25,772 nucleotides of DNA from a virus (IMGVR_UViG_2645727704_000002:1-25772); one strand, 5' to 3'; positions 1 through 8,779 are shown, numbered from the stretch's first letter. The notes: a model not told the origin generated them from the letters alone. Numbers and translations are program-made.

Positions 1-1020
1 GTGGAGTTTCTTGCCGAGTACGCGAGCTTTCTCGCCAAAACCGCCACGCTGGTTATCGCCGTTCTGGTCGTGTTGTCGGCGTTCGCCGGTCTGCGCGGCA
101 AAGGCCGACGCAAGGCAGGCGGGCAATTGCAGGTCACGCGCCTGAACGATTTCTATAAAGAGCTGCGCGAGCGGCTGGATTCGGGCCTTCTGGAAAAGGC
201 GCAGCTCAAGCTGCTGCGCAAGCAACAGGCCAAGGCCGACAAGAAGTCGAAGAAGGCCAAGCCTTCGGACAAGCGCCGGGTGTTCGTGCTGGACTTCGAT
301 GGCGATATCAAAGCCTCGGCCACCGACAACCTGCGTCATGAAATTACCGCACTGCTGACCCTTGCCACCCCTCAGGATGAAGTGGTGCTGCGTCTGGAAA
401 GCGGCGGTGGGCTGGTGCACAGCTATGGCCTGGCCTCCTCGCAACTGGCGCGCATTCGCCAGGCCGGTATTCCACTGACGGTGTGCATCGACAAGGTCGC
501 CGCCAGTGGCGGCTACATGATGGCCTGCATCGCCGAGAAGATCGTCAGCGCGCCTTTTGCGGTGATCGGTTCGATTGGCGTGGTGGCGCAATTGCCTAAC
601 GTCAACCGGCTGTTGAAGAAGCACGACATCGATGTCGAAGTGCTCACTGCCGGCGAATACAAGCGCACCCTCACCGTGTTCGGCGAGAACACCGAAAAGG
701 GCCGCGAGAAGTTCCAGGAAGATCTCGACGTCACCCACCAGTTGTTCAAGGATTTCGTCGGCCGCTACCGCCCCCAGCTGCACATCGACGAAGTCGCCAC
801 CGGCGAAGTCTGGCTCGGCGTCGCAGCGCTGAACCGGCAGTTGGTCGACGAGCTGGGAACCAGCGACGAATACCTCAGCACCTGCGCCCGCGAAGCCAAC
901 CTGTTCCACCTGCACTACGCCGAACACAAGAGCCTGCCCCAGCGCATCGGCATGAGCGCCAGCGGCGCAGTGGAGAGCGGCCTGGTATCGCTGTGGAGCA
1001 AACTTGGCAGGCTTCGCTAA
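1..1020 (+). CDS. sohB: Inner-membrane S49-family peptidase SohB (host gene)
   Basis: GTG start at 1. N-terminal TM segment; motifs LRLESGGG, DKVAASGGYMMAC, IGSIGVVAQ and TAGEYKRT typical of SohB. Confidence 0.95.
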   Translation: MEFLAEYASFLAKTATLVIAVLVVLSAFAGLRGKGRRKAGGQLQVTRLNDFYKELRERLDSGLLEKAQLKLLRKQQAKADKKSKKAKPSDKRRVFVLDFDGDIKASATDNLRHEITALLTLATPQDEVVLRLESGGGLVHSYGLASSQLARIRQAGIPLTVCIDKVAASGGYMMACIAEKIVSAPFAVIGSIGVVAQLPNVNRLLKKHDIDVEVLTAGEYKRTLTVFGENTEKGREKFQEDLDVTHQLFKDFVGRYRPQLHIDEVATGEVWLGVAALNRQLVDELGTSDEYLSTCAREANLFHLHYAEHKSLPQRIGMSASGAVESGLVSLWSKLGRLR

Positions 1021-1057
1021 CACCTTGAGTGCCATGGAAATTTTTTCAACCATGGGC

Positions 1058-1086
1058 TTGCAAGGTGATTTGAATGCAGACATAAT
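1058..1086 (+). promoter_or_regulatory. Sigma70 promoter for tRNA-Cys
   Basis: TTGCAA (1058-1063), 17-bp spacer, CATAAT (1081-1086), then GC-rich discriminator GGCGACC. Confidence 0.75.
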
Positions 1087-1172
1087 GGCGACCATTGAAA
1101 CGCAGGCAGCTTTAAAAAGTCGTTTGCTTTCAAGGAGATAGCCAAGCAGTTATGGCTTGATCCAAACTTTGA

Positions 1173-1246
1173 GGCCGAGTAGCAAAGTGGTTATGCTCCG
1201 GATTGCAAATCCGTCTACGCCGGTTCGATTCCGACCTCGGCCTCCA
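1173..1246 (+). tRNA. tRNA-Cys (GCA); probable prophage attachment site (attL)
   Basis: 74 nt. Acceptor stem GGCCGAG/CTCGGCC, anticodon GCA at 1205-1207, GGTTCGATTCC T-loop, U discriminator and encoded CCA. Confidence 0.96.
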
Positions 1247-1256
1247 TATTCGAAAG

Positions 1257-1287
1257 CCCCGCAGCCATTGAGGTTGCGGGGTTTTTT
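1257..1287 (+). terminator. Intrinsic terminator after tRNA-Cys
   Basis: CCCCGCAGCC-attga-GGTTGCGGGG followed by T6. Confidence 0.85.
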
Positions 1288-1302
1288 AATGCCTGCGGAT
1301 TT

Positions 1303-1367
1303 TGTCCCCCCGCTTGGTTAGGGACAAATCTGGGACACCGATGGAAATTGCGTGTCCCCAATGTCCC
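1303..1367. repeat. Five TGTCCC/GGGACA hexamers, probable integrase arm-type sites
   Basis: TGTCCC at 1303, 1353, 1362; GGGACA at 1321, 1332. All lie between the tRNA terminator and the int start. Confidence 0.65.
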
Positions 1368-1383
1368 CGGCAAAATCCGGTGC

Positions 1384-2361
1384 ATGGCTACTTACGAACA
1401 GCGCCCAGGCGGCGCATGGCGGGCAAAGATCCGCCGCAAAGGATACCCGTCGCTGTCGGCGACCTTCGACACCAAGGCAGAGGCCCAACGCTGGGCAGCC
1501 GAGATCGAGGGCGACATGTCGCGCGCGCGGTTCGTGGACATGCGCGAAGCTGAACGCACGACGCTGGCCGAAGCGCTCGACCGGTACGTGCGCGAGATCA
1601 GCGCGTCGAAGAAGGGCGCCAAGCAGGAGAACACCCGGGCGAACAAGTGGAAGATGCACGCGCTGGCCGGAAAAGGGCTGGCGGCGCTGCGGTCAAGCGA
1701 CTTTGCTGCGTACAGGGACGAAGAGCTCAAGGCGGGAAAGTCCACGGCCACAGTCAGGCTCGACCTGGCGCTGATCAGCCACCTGTTCACGGTGGCAATC
1801 AAGGACTGGGGTATTGAGGGGCTGAGCAACCCGGTGATGAAGCTGCGGATGCCGAAGGGGGCAAAGGAGAGGGATCGCCGGCCCAAGGCGTTCGAGCTGG
1901 CCGGTGTGATCGAGAAGGCGGGAGAAATTCACGCAGAGATGCCGGCGATCATCCAGCTGGCGGTCGAGACTGCGATGCGCCGCAGCGAACTCATCGGCCT
2001 GCGCCGGGAGAACGTGAAGGCGAAGCATGCGCTGCTTGAGGACACCAAGAACGGCACGCGCCGGCTGGTTCCGCTTTCTTCGAAGGCCAGGGCGCTGCTG
2101 GACGGGCTGCCCGCGCGCCTGGACGGCCGCGTCTTCTCGCTGGCTCCGCACTCGGTCAGCCAGTATTTCCATCGAGCCTGTAAAGCCGCCGGAGTCACTG
2201 ACCTGCATTTCCACGACCTGCGCCATGAGGGCACGTCGAGGCTGTTCGAGAAAGGGCTGTCGATGATGGAGGTGAGTGCAATCACGGGGCACAAGACGAT
2301 GAGCATGCTAAAGCGCTACACCCATCTGTGCCCCGATACCTTGGCCGACAAGCTGGGCTAG
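1384..2361 (+). CDS. int: Tyrosine recombinase / phage integrase
   Basis: ATG at 1384 (MATYEQRPGGAWRAKIRRKG). Catalytic residues R (AMRRSE), K (DTKNG), HDLRH, GH and Y (RYTH). Confidence 0.95.
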   Translation: MATYEQRPGGAWRAKIRRKGYPSLSATFDTKAEAQRWAAEIEGDMSRARFVDMREAERTTLAEALDRYVREISASKKGAKQENTRANKWKMHALAGKGLAALRSSDFAAYRDEELKAGKSTATVRLDLALISHLFTVAIKDWGIEGLSNPVMKLRMPKGAKERDRRPKAFELAGVIEKAGEIHAEMPAIIQLAVETAMRRSELIGLRRENVKAKHALLEDTKNGTRRLVPLSSKARALLDGLPARLDGRVFSLAPHSVSQYFHRACKAAGVTDLHFHDLRHEGTSRLFEKGLSMMEVSAITGHKTMSMLKRYTHLCPDTLADKLG

Positions 2362-2603
2362 CGGATGCTGGCGAGCGTCGGCGGGGCCTGGCGCTTTCGC
2401 CCCGGCTTGGCCGGTGCGTGCATGCCCTGCTCGAACTCCTGCAGGAACTTGCGCACGGTGCTGACGCGCCAGCACACCCGCGTACCCTGCTTGAAGAACG
2501 GCGGCAGCCAGGATGCCCCAGCCTGCCGCGCACTGCGAATTGCCGATTCCGAACGGCCAAGCATCTTGGCCAGCTCAGGAATGTGGATGATTTCTTGTTC
2601 CAT
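2358..2603 (-). CDS. Putative excisionase / AlpA-like HTH protein
   Basis: 81 aa, basic, HTH-like IPELAKMLGRSESAIR. Convergent with int; the two stop codons overlap in CTAG. Confidence 0.7.
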   Translation of the reverse strand: MEQEIIHIPELAKMLGRSESAIRSARQAGASWLPPFFKQGTRVCWRVSTVRKFLQEFEQGMHAPAKPGRKRQAPPTLASIR

Positions 2604-2642
2604 GAGGTGGTCTCCGCGCCGCCGGCGGCGGCAGGTTGGTGG

Positions 2643-2870
2643 TCAGTCGTTGCCTTCCGTGATCCGATGCTCAACGCCCATCGAGCGCACTTCTGCTGCA
2701 CCCATGAAAACCAGGTCGAGCGCAGCGCCTTGCAGGCTGCCGACGGCGTCGGTGCCTTCGTCGTCTTCTGACAGAACTGGAAGGGCCAGATGGCGAATCT
2801 GGTCGATGCCAACGCCTTCTGGGATGTCGTACCGCGTTGTGACAGTGGTGGTGACGGTAATTACGGGCAT
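2643..2870 (-). CDS. Hypothetical phage protein (75 aa)
   Basis: GGAG SD and ATG start; in line with the leftward operon. Confidence 0.65.
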   Translation of the reverse strand: MPVITVTTTVTTRYDIPEGVGIDQIRHLALPVLSEDDEGTDAVGSLQGAALDLVFMGAAEVRSMGVEHRITEGND

Positions 2871-2921
2871 GCGAGCTCCACGCCCGCGCGCATCGGCGGG
2901 CTTGAGTAGTAGGGGAAGGGG

Positions 2922-3122
2922 TTAGGCGAGTTCGGCGGCGGATGCTTCGACTAAGGCCTGACTGGTGAAATTGACCGGGAGTGCGTCGGTGCTCTTGCCA
3001 TCGCTTATCACCACCCAACCGTTGCGGTAGAGGGTGCAGGTGTTTCGGCCATGCTGAACCCGAGCTATCGGCAGGCCGCCGAAGGGAAGCCAGCGATTGA
3101 TCCGATAGATTATCTTTCTCAC
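2922..3122 (-). CDS. Hypothetical phage protein (66 aa)
   Basis: GTGA overlap with the upstream gene; GGAG SD. Confidence 0.65.
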   Translation of the reverse strand: MRKIIYRINRWLPFGGLPIARVQHGRNTCTLYRNGWVVISDGKSTDALPVNFTSQALVEASAAELA

Positions 3123-3511
3123 GGCATCAGCTCCTTCGGCACCTGCACATGGCTTCCCAGCTTGCTCTCCACCAGCGAACGGCAGAACGCGACCAGCGCC
3201 GTCGGCCCGTAGTGCCAGCGCGTCGTGTTACCAGGGCCAGCCCAGTAGCAGGTGTCGCTGCCGCCCATGTTGGCGTTCCACTGGAAGCCGCCGCGGTGCT
3301 TGTCGATCAGCGGGCCTCCTTGGGCCCAGTTCGTGGACGGCGCGTAGACGGAGCGGATGCTTTCGATCAGCTCGATCCCGTGACGATCGTGAACTTTCAC
3401 CAGCTCGCGACCGTATCGCCAGCTTGTTTCCACGTTTTCCGCTTGGGCCACCGCCCAGTCCAGCGCGGCGCCGGTGAGGTTGGATGCCCTGACGCTGATT
3501 GTGTCGGTCAT
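3119..3511 (-). CDS. DUF2591 / NinX-like phage protein
   Basis: Signature segments LTGAALDWAVA, YAPSTNWAQGGPLI and GPTALVAFCR. Confidence 0.75.
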   Translation of the reverse strand: MTDTISVRASNLTGAALDWAVAQAENVETSWRYGRELVKVHDRHGIELIESIRSVYAPSTNWAQGGPLIDKHRGGFQWNANMGGSDTCYWAGPGNTTRWHYGPTALVAFCRSLVESKLGSHVQVPKELMP

Positions 3512-3747
3512 GGCTGCGCCGCCTTGGGCTCCAACCGTGCCAGCCGATCGCGCAGCGAGTTGATTTCGTCCTGATATTCATCGGCCAGCTTGGCCAGGTC
3601 ATCGAAGTTGACCCAGTTGCCATGCTCCGTCGGCACGCGGATCACACTGCCTTTCTCATCTTCCCCGCCCCGCCAGAAATTGAACCTGGGCAGCTGGTGC
3701 GCTTTGTCCCAGAGGTCATATCCCTCTCGAGTTTTTATATTCCTCAC
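3508..3747 (-). CDS. Hypothetical phage protein (79 aa, C-terminal coiled coil)
   Basis: 4-nt start/stop overlaps with both neighbours. Confidence 0.65.
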   Translation of the reverse strand: MRNIKTREGYDLWDKAHQLPRFNFWRGGEDEKGSVIRVPTEHGNWVNFDDLAKLADEYQDEINSLRDRLARLEPKAAQP

Positions 3748-4004
3748 AGGTCATACCCCCGATGAAGTTTCTGTTGCTGCGTGTACTCGTCAGCACTGGC
3801 CCCGCAGGCAGTACCCTGGCAGCCGTGCTCGTGGCAGGTCGTCAGGTTGCAAGCCTTGCGAAACCCGCTGCCGCCGCACATTCCGCAGTCACCTTGGCGG
3901 TGATCAGGGCAGGGATATACCTCCCATGCCCTGCGCCATTTTTCATGCGGCCCCAGCATTCCGGCGCCGGTGTCTGGCACCAATGCAGTCGATGTTCGAC
4001 TCAC
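3744..4004 (-). CDS. Cys/His-rich putative zinc-binding protein
   Basis: CPDH..CGMCGGSG..C..CHEHGC..C; ATGA-coupled to the upstream gene. Confidence 0.65.
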   Translation of the reverse strand: MSRTSTALVPDTGAGMLGPHEKWRRAWEVYPCPDHRQGDCGMCGGSGFRKACNLTTCHEHGCQGTACGASADEYTQQQKLHRGYDL

Positions 4005-4228
4005 AGCTCATACCTCTCATCAATCCAGCGCCCAGGCGCCAGTGCGGGTGTAGGTTCGGGTTGTTGTTCGTGCGGGGAGGGTGGCCAGGCTGCGTCGGTG
4101 CGGGCCTGCCACTCGCAGGTGCTGGCGCGGGCCTGGGCGCAGTTCTTGCCGGATGCGTCGAAGCACAGCTCGCCATTGCAGCCGGCCAGGGTGGCCAGCA
4201 GCAGGAGGCAGAGGGCGAGGCGGGTCAT
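4001..4228 (-). CDS. Putative small lipoprotein
   Basis: MTRLALCLLLLATLAG/C has an h-region and LAGC lipobox; ATGA coupling on both sides. Confidence 0.65.
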   Translation of the reverse strand: MTRLALCLLLLATLAGCNGELCFDASGKNCAQARASTCEWQARTDAAWPPSPHEQQPEPTPALAPGRWIDERYEL

Positions 4229-5025
4229 GCGGTGAGCTCCAGTTGAGTGCCGTCCTTTGGCGCTAGGCTGGCTACTGCTACTGCTACGGCGTAGGCTTCG
4301 GGGTGCTGTTTGTCGAATGCCGGGGTGCGCACTGTTTCAACCCACTGACCAGCCGCCGGCCCTTTATCCAGCCATGCTTGGGTGCTGGTGTGCTGGGTCC
4401 AGGTGGTGGGGCTCATACCGAGTTCTTTGAGCTGCCGGCTTGTGATAAAGCCTTGGCTTCGCATCAGGGCCAGGGCGCGCAGCGCCTTTTCCTTCCACGG
4501 TGTGAGGCGTGTAGGTGATGGAACGCCGGCTGCCACCTGCGGCACCACCATAGGCACTTGGCAGCGCTCCTCTGGGTTCCAGTCGAACAGGTCGTGGTCG
4601 TTGAAATAGCCGGTTCCGGCCAGAAGCTCGCGCAGCTTGTAGTCTTCAAAGTGCACTCGCTCGATGAGGCCGGCCGGAATTCTCACGGTTCCGTGTCGAG
4701 GAATCAGGACTGGAACGCCCATGAAGCCGAGCAGCTTGGCAATGCCCGCGCTCGCATCACTGATTTTGCTGACGATCACCAAGCGGTGGTCGGGGCCTTT
4801 AAGTCCGTACCGGTACTGCCAGGGGTTCGGCATGATCTGGTCAGCAACCTTGGCGTTCAGGGCCAGTTTCGCCTCGACGCCGATCTGACGGCCTTCTTCA
4901 TGGACTACGAGGATGTCGAAGCCGCCGGTTTCGGGATAGCAGGTCCAGCCAGGCTGAGCATTCATGTCGCGGATGAAAATCTCGCACAACTCGGCCTCCG
5001 TCTTGATCGGTGTCTTTTCGGTCAT
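4225..5025 (-). CDS. Putative PD-(D/E)XK nuclease-fold protein with possible C-terminal wHTH
   Basis: TEAEL...GFDILVV...IGVEAK motif. Start 5025 chosen from GAGG spacing. Confidence 0.6.
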   Translation of the reverse strand: MTEKTPIKTEAELCEIFIRDMNAQPGWTCYPETGGFDILVVHEEGRQIGVEAKLALNAKVADQIMPNPWQYRYGLKGPDHRLVIVSKISDASAGIAKLLGFMGVPVLIPRHGTVRIPAGLIERVHFEDYKLRELLAGTGYFNDHDLFDWNPEERCQVPMVVPQVAAGVPSPTRLTPWKEKALRALALMRSQGFITSRQLKELGMSPTTWTQHTSTQAWLDKGPAAGQWVETVRTPAFDKQHPEAYAVAVAVASLAPKDGTQLELTA

Positions 5026-5073
5026 GGGCATGCCTCGCCGCCATATCGCGGCAGTGAATAGAGGGGAGAGGGG

Positions 5074-5859
5074 TTACAGCTTTGGTGAAAGCGCGGAGTC
5101 GCACAGCTGGTCAATGCGCAAGCTTTCACTTTCCGAGGGCGTTGAGCAATCGGGATGCTCAGCCGGGAAGTCTTCGACCGTCATGCGATCGCGCAAAAGG
5201 CGGTAGCGCTCTGCATCTTTAAGGACGCTCTTGTAGATGTCGGATACTTCTTCCGGCTCAACGCCAAGATCGGCCAGCAGCGCATGCGCCTCGGCCAGCT
5301 GGGCCAGCAATGCAATCTCCAGCTTCGACCACTGCTCTTGGCGCCCACGGAGGGCGGTACGCAGTTGACCGATCTTGGCGCGCAGCCGCTCAACCTCGGC
5401 AGGGTCGGCGTGGGTGTAGGCCCGCTCGATCCTGGCAAAGCTGGCCGGGTTTCCACACAGGTCCGTCATGCTTGAGGGTGGCACGCCGTCAATCCATTCA
5501 GTGACGACTTCTCCCAATTCGTTGATGCCACGCCACGCCACCGGATCGCCCTGAACTGCTGGCGCAGGGTGGTTGTAGAGCTTGTCGCCCCGCCGCAGTG
5601 GATTGCCGTCATCGCCATAGATCAGCTCGACAAACAAGCCGTCATCGCCCTCGTCTACGACCGCTATCGGCTGAACCTGGTGCTGCTTGGCCGACTGCGC
5701 GGCGTTCCAAAGCGCCAGACTCGGCGCTGTTGCGCCGCAACCTTCGCACTCTGGCCCGCGCTGGCCTGCGCCATTCAGCCATCCCTCTGGATCGACTTTG
5801 CCGCCGCAGAATGGGCAGCGTACGTTCTCTGTATTGCTGGATCGGTTCTCTGTGGCCAT
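5074..5859 (-). CDS. Mosaic early protein with N-terminal Lar-like (restriction alleviation) zinc ribbon
   Basis: CPFCGG...CEGCGA...WN; repeated PIA/PVAW-type modules; DAERYRLLRD. Start 5859 chosen from GAGGT SD. Confidence 0.65.
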   Translation of the reverse strand: MATENRSSNTENVRCPFCGGKVDPEGWLNGAGQRGPECEGCGATAPSLALWNAAQSAKQHQVQPIAVVDEGDDGLFVELIYGDDGNPLRRGDKLYNHPAPAVQGDPVAWRGINELGEVVTEWIDGVPPSSMTDLCGNPASFARIERAYTHADPAEVERLRAKIGQLRTALRGRQEQWSKLEIALLAQLAEAHALLADLGVEPEEVSDIYKSVLKDAERYRLLRDRMTVEDFPAEHPDCSTPSESESLRIDQLCDSALSPKL

Positions 5860-5867
5860 GGGATACC

Positions 5868-6360
5868 TCAAGCTGAGCGTTCGAGTTGTTGTTGGAGGCG
5901 TTGGCCGATCCAGCGGACGACGGGTACGGCCTTGCTGTTACCGATTGCCTTGTAGCGGGGGCCGTCAGGGCACAAGCCTGCGACTCGACCGCGATAGGGG
6001 ATCAGCGTGTAGTCGTCAGGGAAGCCCTGAAGTCGTTCGCACTCGCGCGGGGTCAGCCTACGAACGGCTGAACCTGCAAGCACGTTGCGCTCTTGAGAGC
6101 GACCTCCGTCGCCAGGTGCGGTCAGCGCGTAGGCGATGTCTCCTCCGACCTCCAAAGACCTACCGCCTTCTCGGCCTCGCTCCTGGAAAGCAATGCAGGG
6201 GAGGCCCTGGCCAGGCTTGCCGCCACCAGTTGATAATGTGCCCGCCACTTGCCCGTCACCGCCCTCCAAGCGGACCTCGCTACGGCTGTTCTCGGCGAAT
6301 GCGAGAACTGCATTCTCCTGGCCGCTGTTTCTCCCGAGTGCGAATGCTTGGTCGTATCTA
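5868..6360 (-). pseudogene. 5'-truncated C5-cytosine DNA methyltransferase
   Basis: Motifs IX (RRLTPRECERLQGFPDDY) and X (YKAIGNSKAVPV) present. No FxGxG, PCQ or ENV motifs, and no room for them upstream. Confidence 0.8.
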
Positions 6361-6534
6361 CGATCAGCAGAAATGGATGCTGACGGGCATTGGAACTGCA
6401 TTGCTTGCTGCACTTACCGCATTGGCCGGAGCGCTGTATAAGACGGTAAATCGAGTGCCCGACTGAAACCGCGCCGCCCTCGCCGGGCAGGCGTTATCGT
6501 TAAATTCCGGAAGGCGCTGGAGGGCAGCGCGGGG

Positions 6535-7248
6535 TCAGGCGGCAGCGGCCCGCTCTTTGATCGCCATGATGGCGTTGGCAGCGTGGCGCGCGTAGAACAG
6601 GCGGGCCATCAGGTTCGGGCATGGCTTACTGATCTTCGTCTCCCATAGGTCGCTGCCGCCGAGCAACGACTCGTTGTTCATTAAGAAGTCGTAGGCAAGG
6701 ACCAATTCGGTATCGCGGCCCTCTGCGAAGGTTTCGACCTCTTCAACGACATCAGCTAGGTCGCTGAATGGCAGGCGCTCATCGTCTTCAGCAGCGCGCT
6801 CGCGCAACCACTCGACCAGTTCCTCAGCCTGTTCCAGCGTGGCTCCTTGATCGGGAATTCCAGCTATCAATGCCGGTATCTGATCGGCATCGAACTCCTC
6901 ATCAATGCGGCCAACGATGCAACTGCAAACCGTATCGCGAATGCTGTCGAAGTCGATGACCTCGCGCTTGCAGGTACTCTCCAGCTTTTCGTGCAGATAC
7001 CCGTCGCTTTGGTGGCGCAGGAAGTTGATTCCGTAGTCGGCACCGACATGCCACAGCAGTCCGTCGATATCGCCGAACATCGACATACCGTAGGCGGTGA
7101 CGCAGATATCAAAGTGGTAGACCCGTGTGCCGGGTTGCTGGCAGCGCCAAACCTCGACGCCGTTCTCATTCACCAGCTGGGTGTATTGGTGCTGGGCCAG
7201 GTCTTCAGCGACGCGGGCGGCGAGTTCTGATCGCTCTTGCTCTTTCAT
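6535..7248 (-). CDS. Acidic hypothetical phage protein (237 aa)
   Basis: Long ORF; GGAG SD before ATG 7248. Confidence 0.8.
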   Translation of the reverse strand: MKEQERSELAARVAEDLAQHQYTQLVNENGVEVWRCQQPGTRVYHFDICVTAYGMSMFGDIDGLLWHVGADYGINFLRHQSDGYLHEKLESTCKREVIDFDSIRDTVCSCIVGRIDEEFDADQIPALIAGIPDQGATLEQAEELVEWLRERAAEDDERLPFSDLADVVEEVETFAEGRDTELVLAYDFLMNNESLLGGSDLWETKISKPCPNLMARLFYARHAANAIMAIKERAAAA

Positions 7249-7306
7249 GGCTTTCTCCATGCATGCGCCGCCCTCCGTGGCCGGATGCGGCTTGATTTGG
7301 TGAGAT

Positions 7307-7669
7307 TCAGCCGTTGCCGAGCAGCAAAAGGCCGGTGTCGTCGGGGTCGTCGCCCAGCATCAGGTCGGGCGCTCGCAGCTCGCGCCCGATGCGGAACTGG
7401 TCGAGCCGGCGCGCCACAAAATCCGACACCACGATTTCGTGGCGCGGCGCGCTGAGGAAATGCCGGGCCGCTTCAGGCCCTAATTCATGGATGCGGTGGA
7501 TCAGCAGGGTCATAGCCTCTCCGTTTTCCTCGACGCTGGCCCAGGCTTTGATCTCATCAAGAGCCTGGCGGGTGCCGGGGCGCACCTTCAATCGCAGGTC
7601 TTCTTCCTGCAAGCGCTCGGCCTTGGCTCTGCGCTTCTCGTCACGCTGCTGCTGCGTCAGAGCCATCAT
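7307..7669 (-). CDS. Phage protein, possible RHH-like DNA-binding domain
   Basis: GGAGG SD before ATGATG (7669/7666); LRLKVRPGTRQALDEI strand-helix pattern. Confidence 0.7.
   Translation of the reverse strand: MMALTQQQRDEKRRAKAERLQEEDLRLKVRPGTRQALDEIKAWASVEENGEAMTLLIHRIHELGPEAARHFLSAPRHEIVVSDFVARRLDQFRIGRELRAPDLMLGDDPDDTGLLLLGNG
7410..7446. repeat. Bipartite palindrome, copy 1
   Basis: CGCGCCACAAAAT-N11-ATTTCGTGGCGCG, inside a CDS. Confidence 0.85.
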
Positions 7670-8006
7670 CGCCTCCATTGCGCACGAACGTGGAGCCGGG
7701 CGCGTATCCCTGCAGGTCACACACTCGATTGATGATCTTGAGCGCGGCGTCAAAGACCTTGGCGTCGTCCGGCTCGCGAGCCAAGCGCTTCATGTTGGGC
7801 TGATGCTCCAGGCACACCTTGTCGACCAGGCGCCGGGCCAGCCTGCGCAGGTGGTCGGCGCTGTCGTGGATGCGGACGCTCAGAGCAAAGGCCATGGCAA
7901 CGTCATCGGGCCGGTACTGGCCGCCGCTGCGCGTGTTGTACAGCTTCTTCACCGGGCGATTCAGCCAGCCCGGCAGGGTTACCACTCCGGAAGGTGCTTT
8001 TTTCAT
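7641..8006 (-). CDS. Hypothetical phage protein (121 aa)
   Basis: ATG ORF in the leftward operon, overlapping the next gene. Confidence 0.7.
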   Translation of the reverse strand: MKKAPSGVVTLPGWLNRPVKKLYNTRSGGQYRPDDVAMAFALSVRIHDSADHLRRLARRLVDKVCLEHQPNMKRLAREPDDAKVFDAALKIINRVCDLQGYAPGSTFVRNGGDDGSDAAAA

Positions 8007-8087
8007 GTGGGTGCTCTGTAAGGCCGCTGCGCGGCAAGTGGAACTGCTCTTGCCGCCGGCGCTGGCGGACCAAGGTGCTGATGCGCT

Positions 8088-8276
8088 TCATGCGGCGCGC
8101 GCCGAGGCCAGTTGGTCGTAGATCTCCACTACCTGCTGAGTGAGGTTTTCGATGGTTGCGGCGCCGCGTTTGCGCTGGGCGCTGCTCCACTGGCTGCTAC
8201 GGTAGAAGAGCAGGGCGAGGTGGCGCTGCAGTTCCTGGCGTCGGCTGATGAGCGCCATGGCTTTGGTGATGGTCAT
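8088..8276 (-). CDS. Hypothetical helical protein (62 aa)
   Basis: GGGGAG SD directly after the ssb stop. Confidence 0.65.
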   Translation of the reverse strand: MTITKAMALISRRQELQRHLALLFYRSSQWSSAQRKRGAATIENLTQQVVEIYDQLASARAA

Positions 8277-8284
8277 GGCTCCCC

Positions 8285-8779
8285 CTAGAACGGAATATCA
8301 TCTTCGAAGCTGTCGAAGTCTTGGGCCTGCTGTTGCGGCTGTTGGCGTTGCTGCTGCGCCTGCTGGCCCTGCCGATTGCTCTGGTGGTGCTGCTGTGGCT
8401 GGCGCTGTTGCTGCTGCCCGCCGCCCTGATTTTCCGGCCGGCCTCCCAGCAGTTGCATCGTGCCGTTGATGTCGACATGCACCTCGGTGCTGTATCGCTT
8501 GATGCCGTCCTTCTCCCACTCGCGGGTCTTGAGCTTGCCCTCGATGTAGCACTGCGAGCCTTTGCGCATGTACTCGCCGGCGATCTCGGCGACCTTGCCG
8601 AACAGCACGACCCGGTGCCATTCGGTTTTCTCAACCTTCTGGCCGGTCTGCTTATCGGTCCAAGCCTCGCTGGTGGCAAGACTCAGGTTGGTTACCGCGT
8701 TGCCGTTGGGCAGGTAGCGGGTCTGGGGATCCTGGCCGCAGGTGCCTACCAGGATGACTTTGTTTACTCCACGGGCCAT
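8285..8779 (-). CDS. ssb: Single-stranded DNA-binding protein (phage copy)
   Basis: [30 protein letters not shown]; Q-rich linker; DDIPF tail. Confidence 0.96.
   Translation of the reverse strand: MARGVNKVILVGTCGQDPQTRYLPNGNAVTNLSLATSEAWTDKQTGQKVEKTEWHRVVLFGKVAEIAGEYMRKGSQCYIEGKLKTREWEKDGIKRYSTEVHVDINGTMQLLGGRPENQGGGQQQQRQPQQHHQSNRQGQQAQQQRQQPQQQAQDFDSFEDDIPF

Noticed and set aside
1095-1132. Hairpin in the tRNA leader
   Set aside because: Imperfect stem in an ordinary pre-tRNA leader; no evidence for a separate RNA.
1384-2361. Shufflon (the integrase looks Rci-like)
   Set aside because: No sfx-like inverted repeats or invertible cassettes; the tRNA-adjacent context indicates an ordinary prophage integrase.
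4271-4287. GCTACT tandem repeat
   Set aside because: Short in-frame duplication encoding AVAVAV; no sign of phase variation.
7903-8091. 62-aa ORF MKRISTLVRQRRRQEQFHLP, ATGA-coupled to the upstream gene
   Set aside because: Start is plausible but it overlaps the next gene by about 100 nt; too uncertain to list as a feature.
8325-8420. CAG-rich low-complexity tract
   Set aside because: Normal Q-rich Ssb linker.
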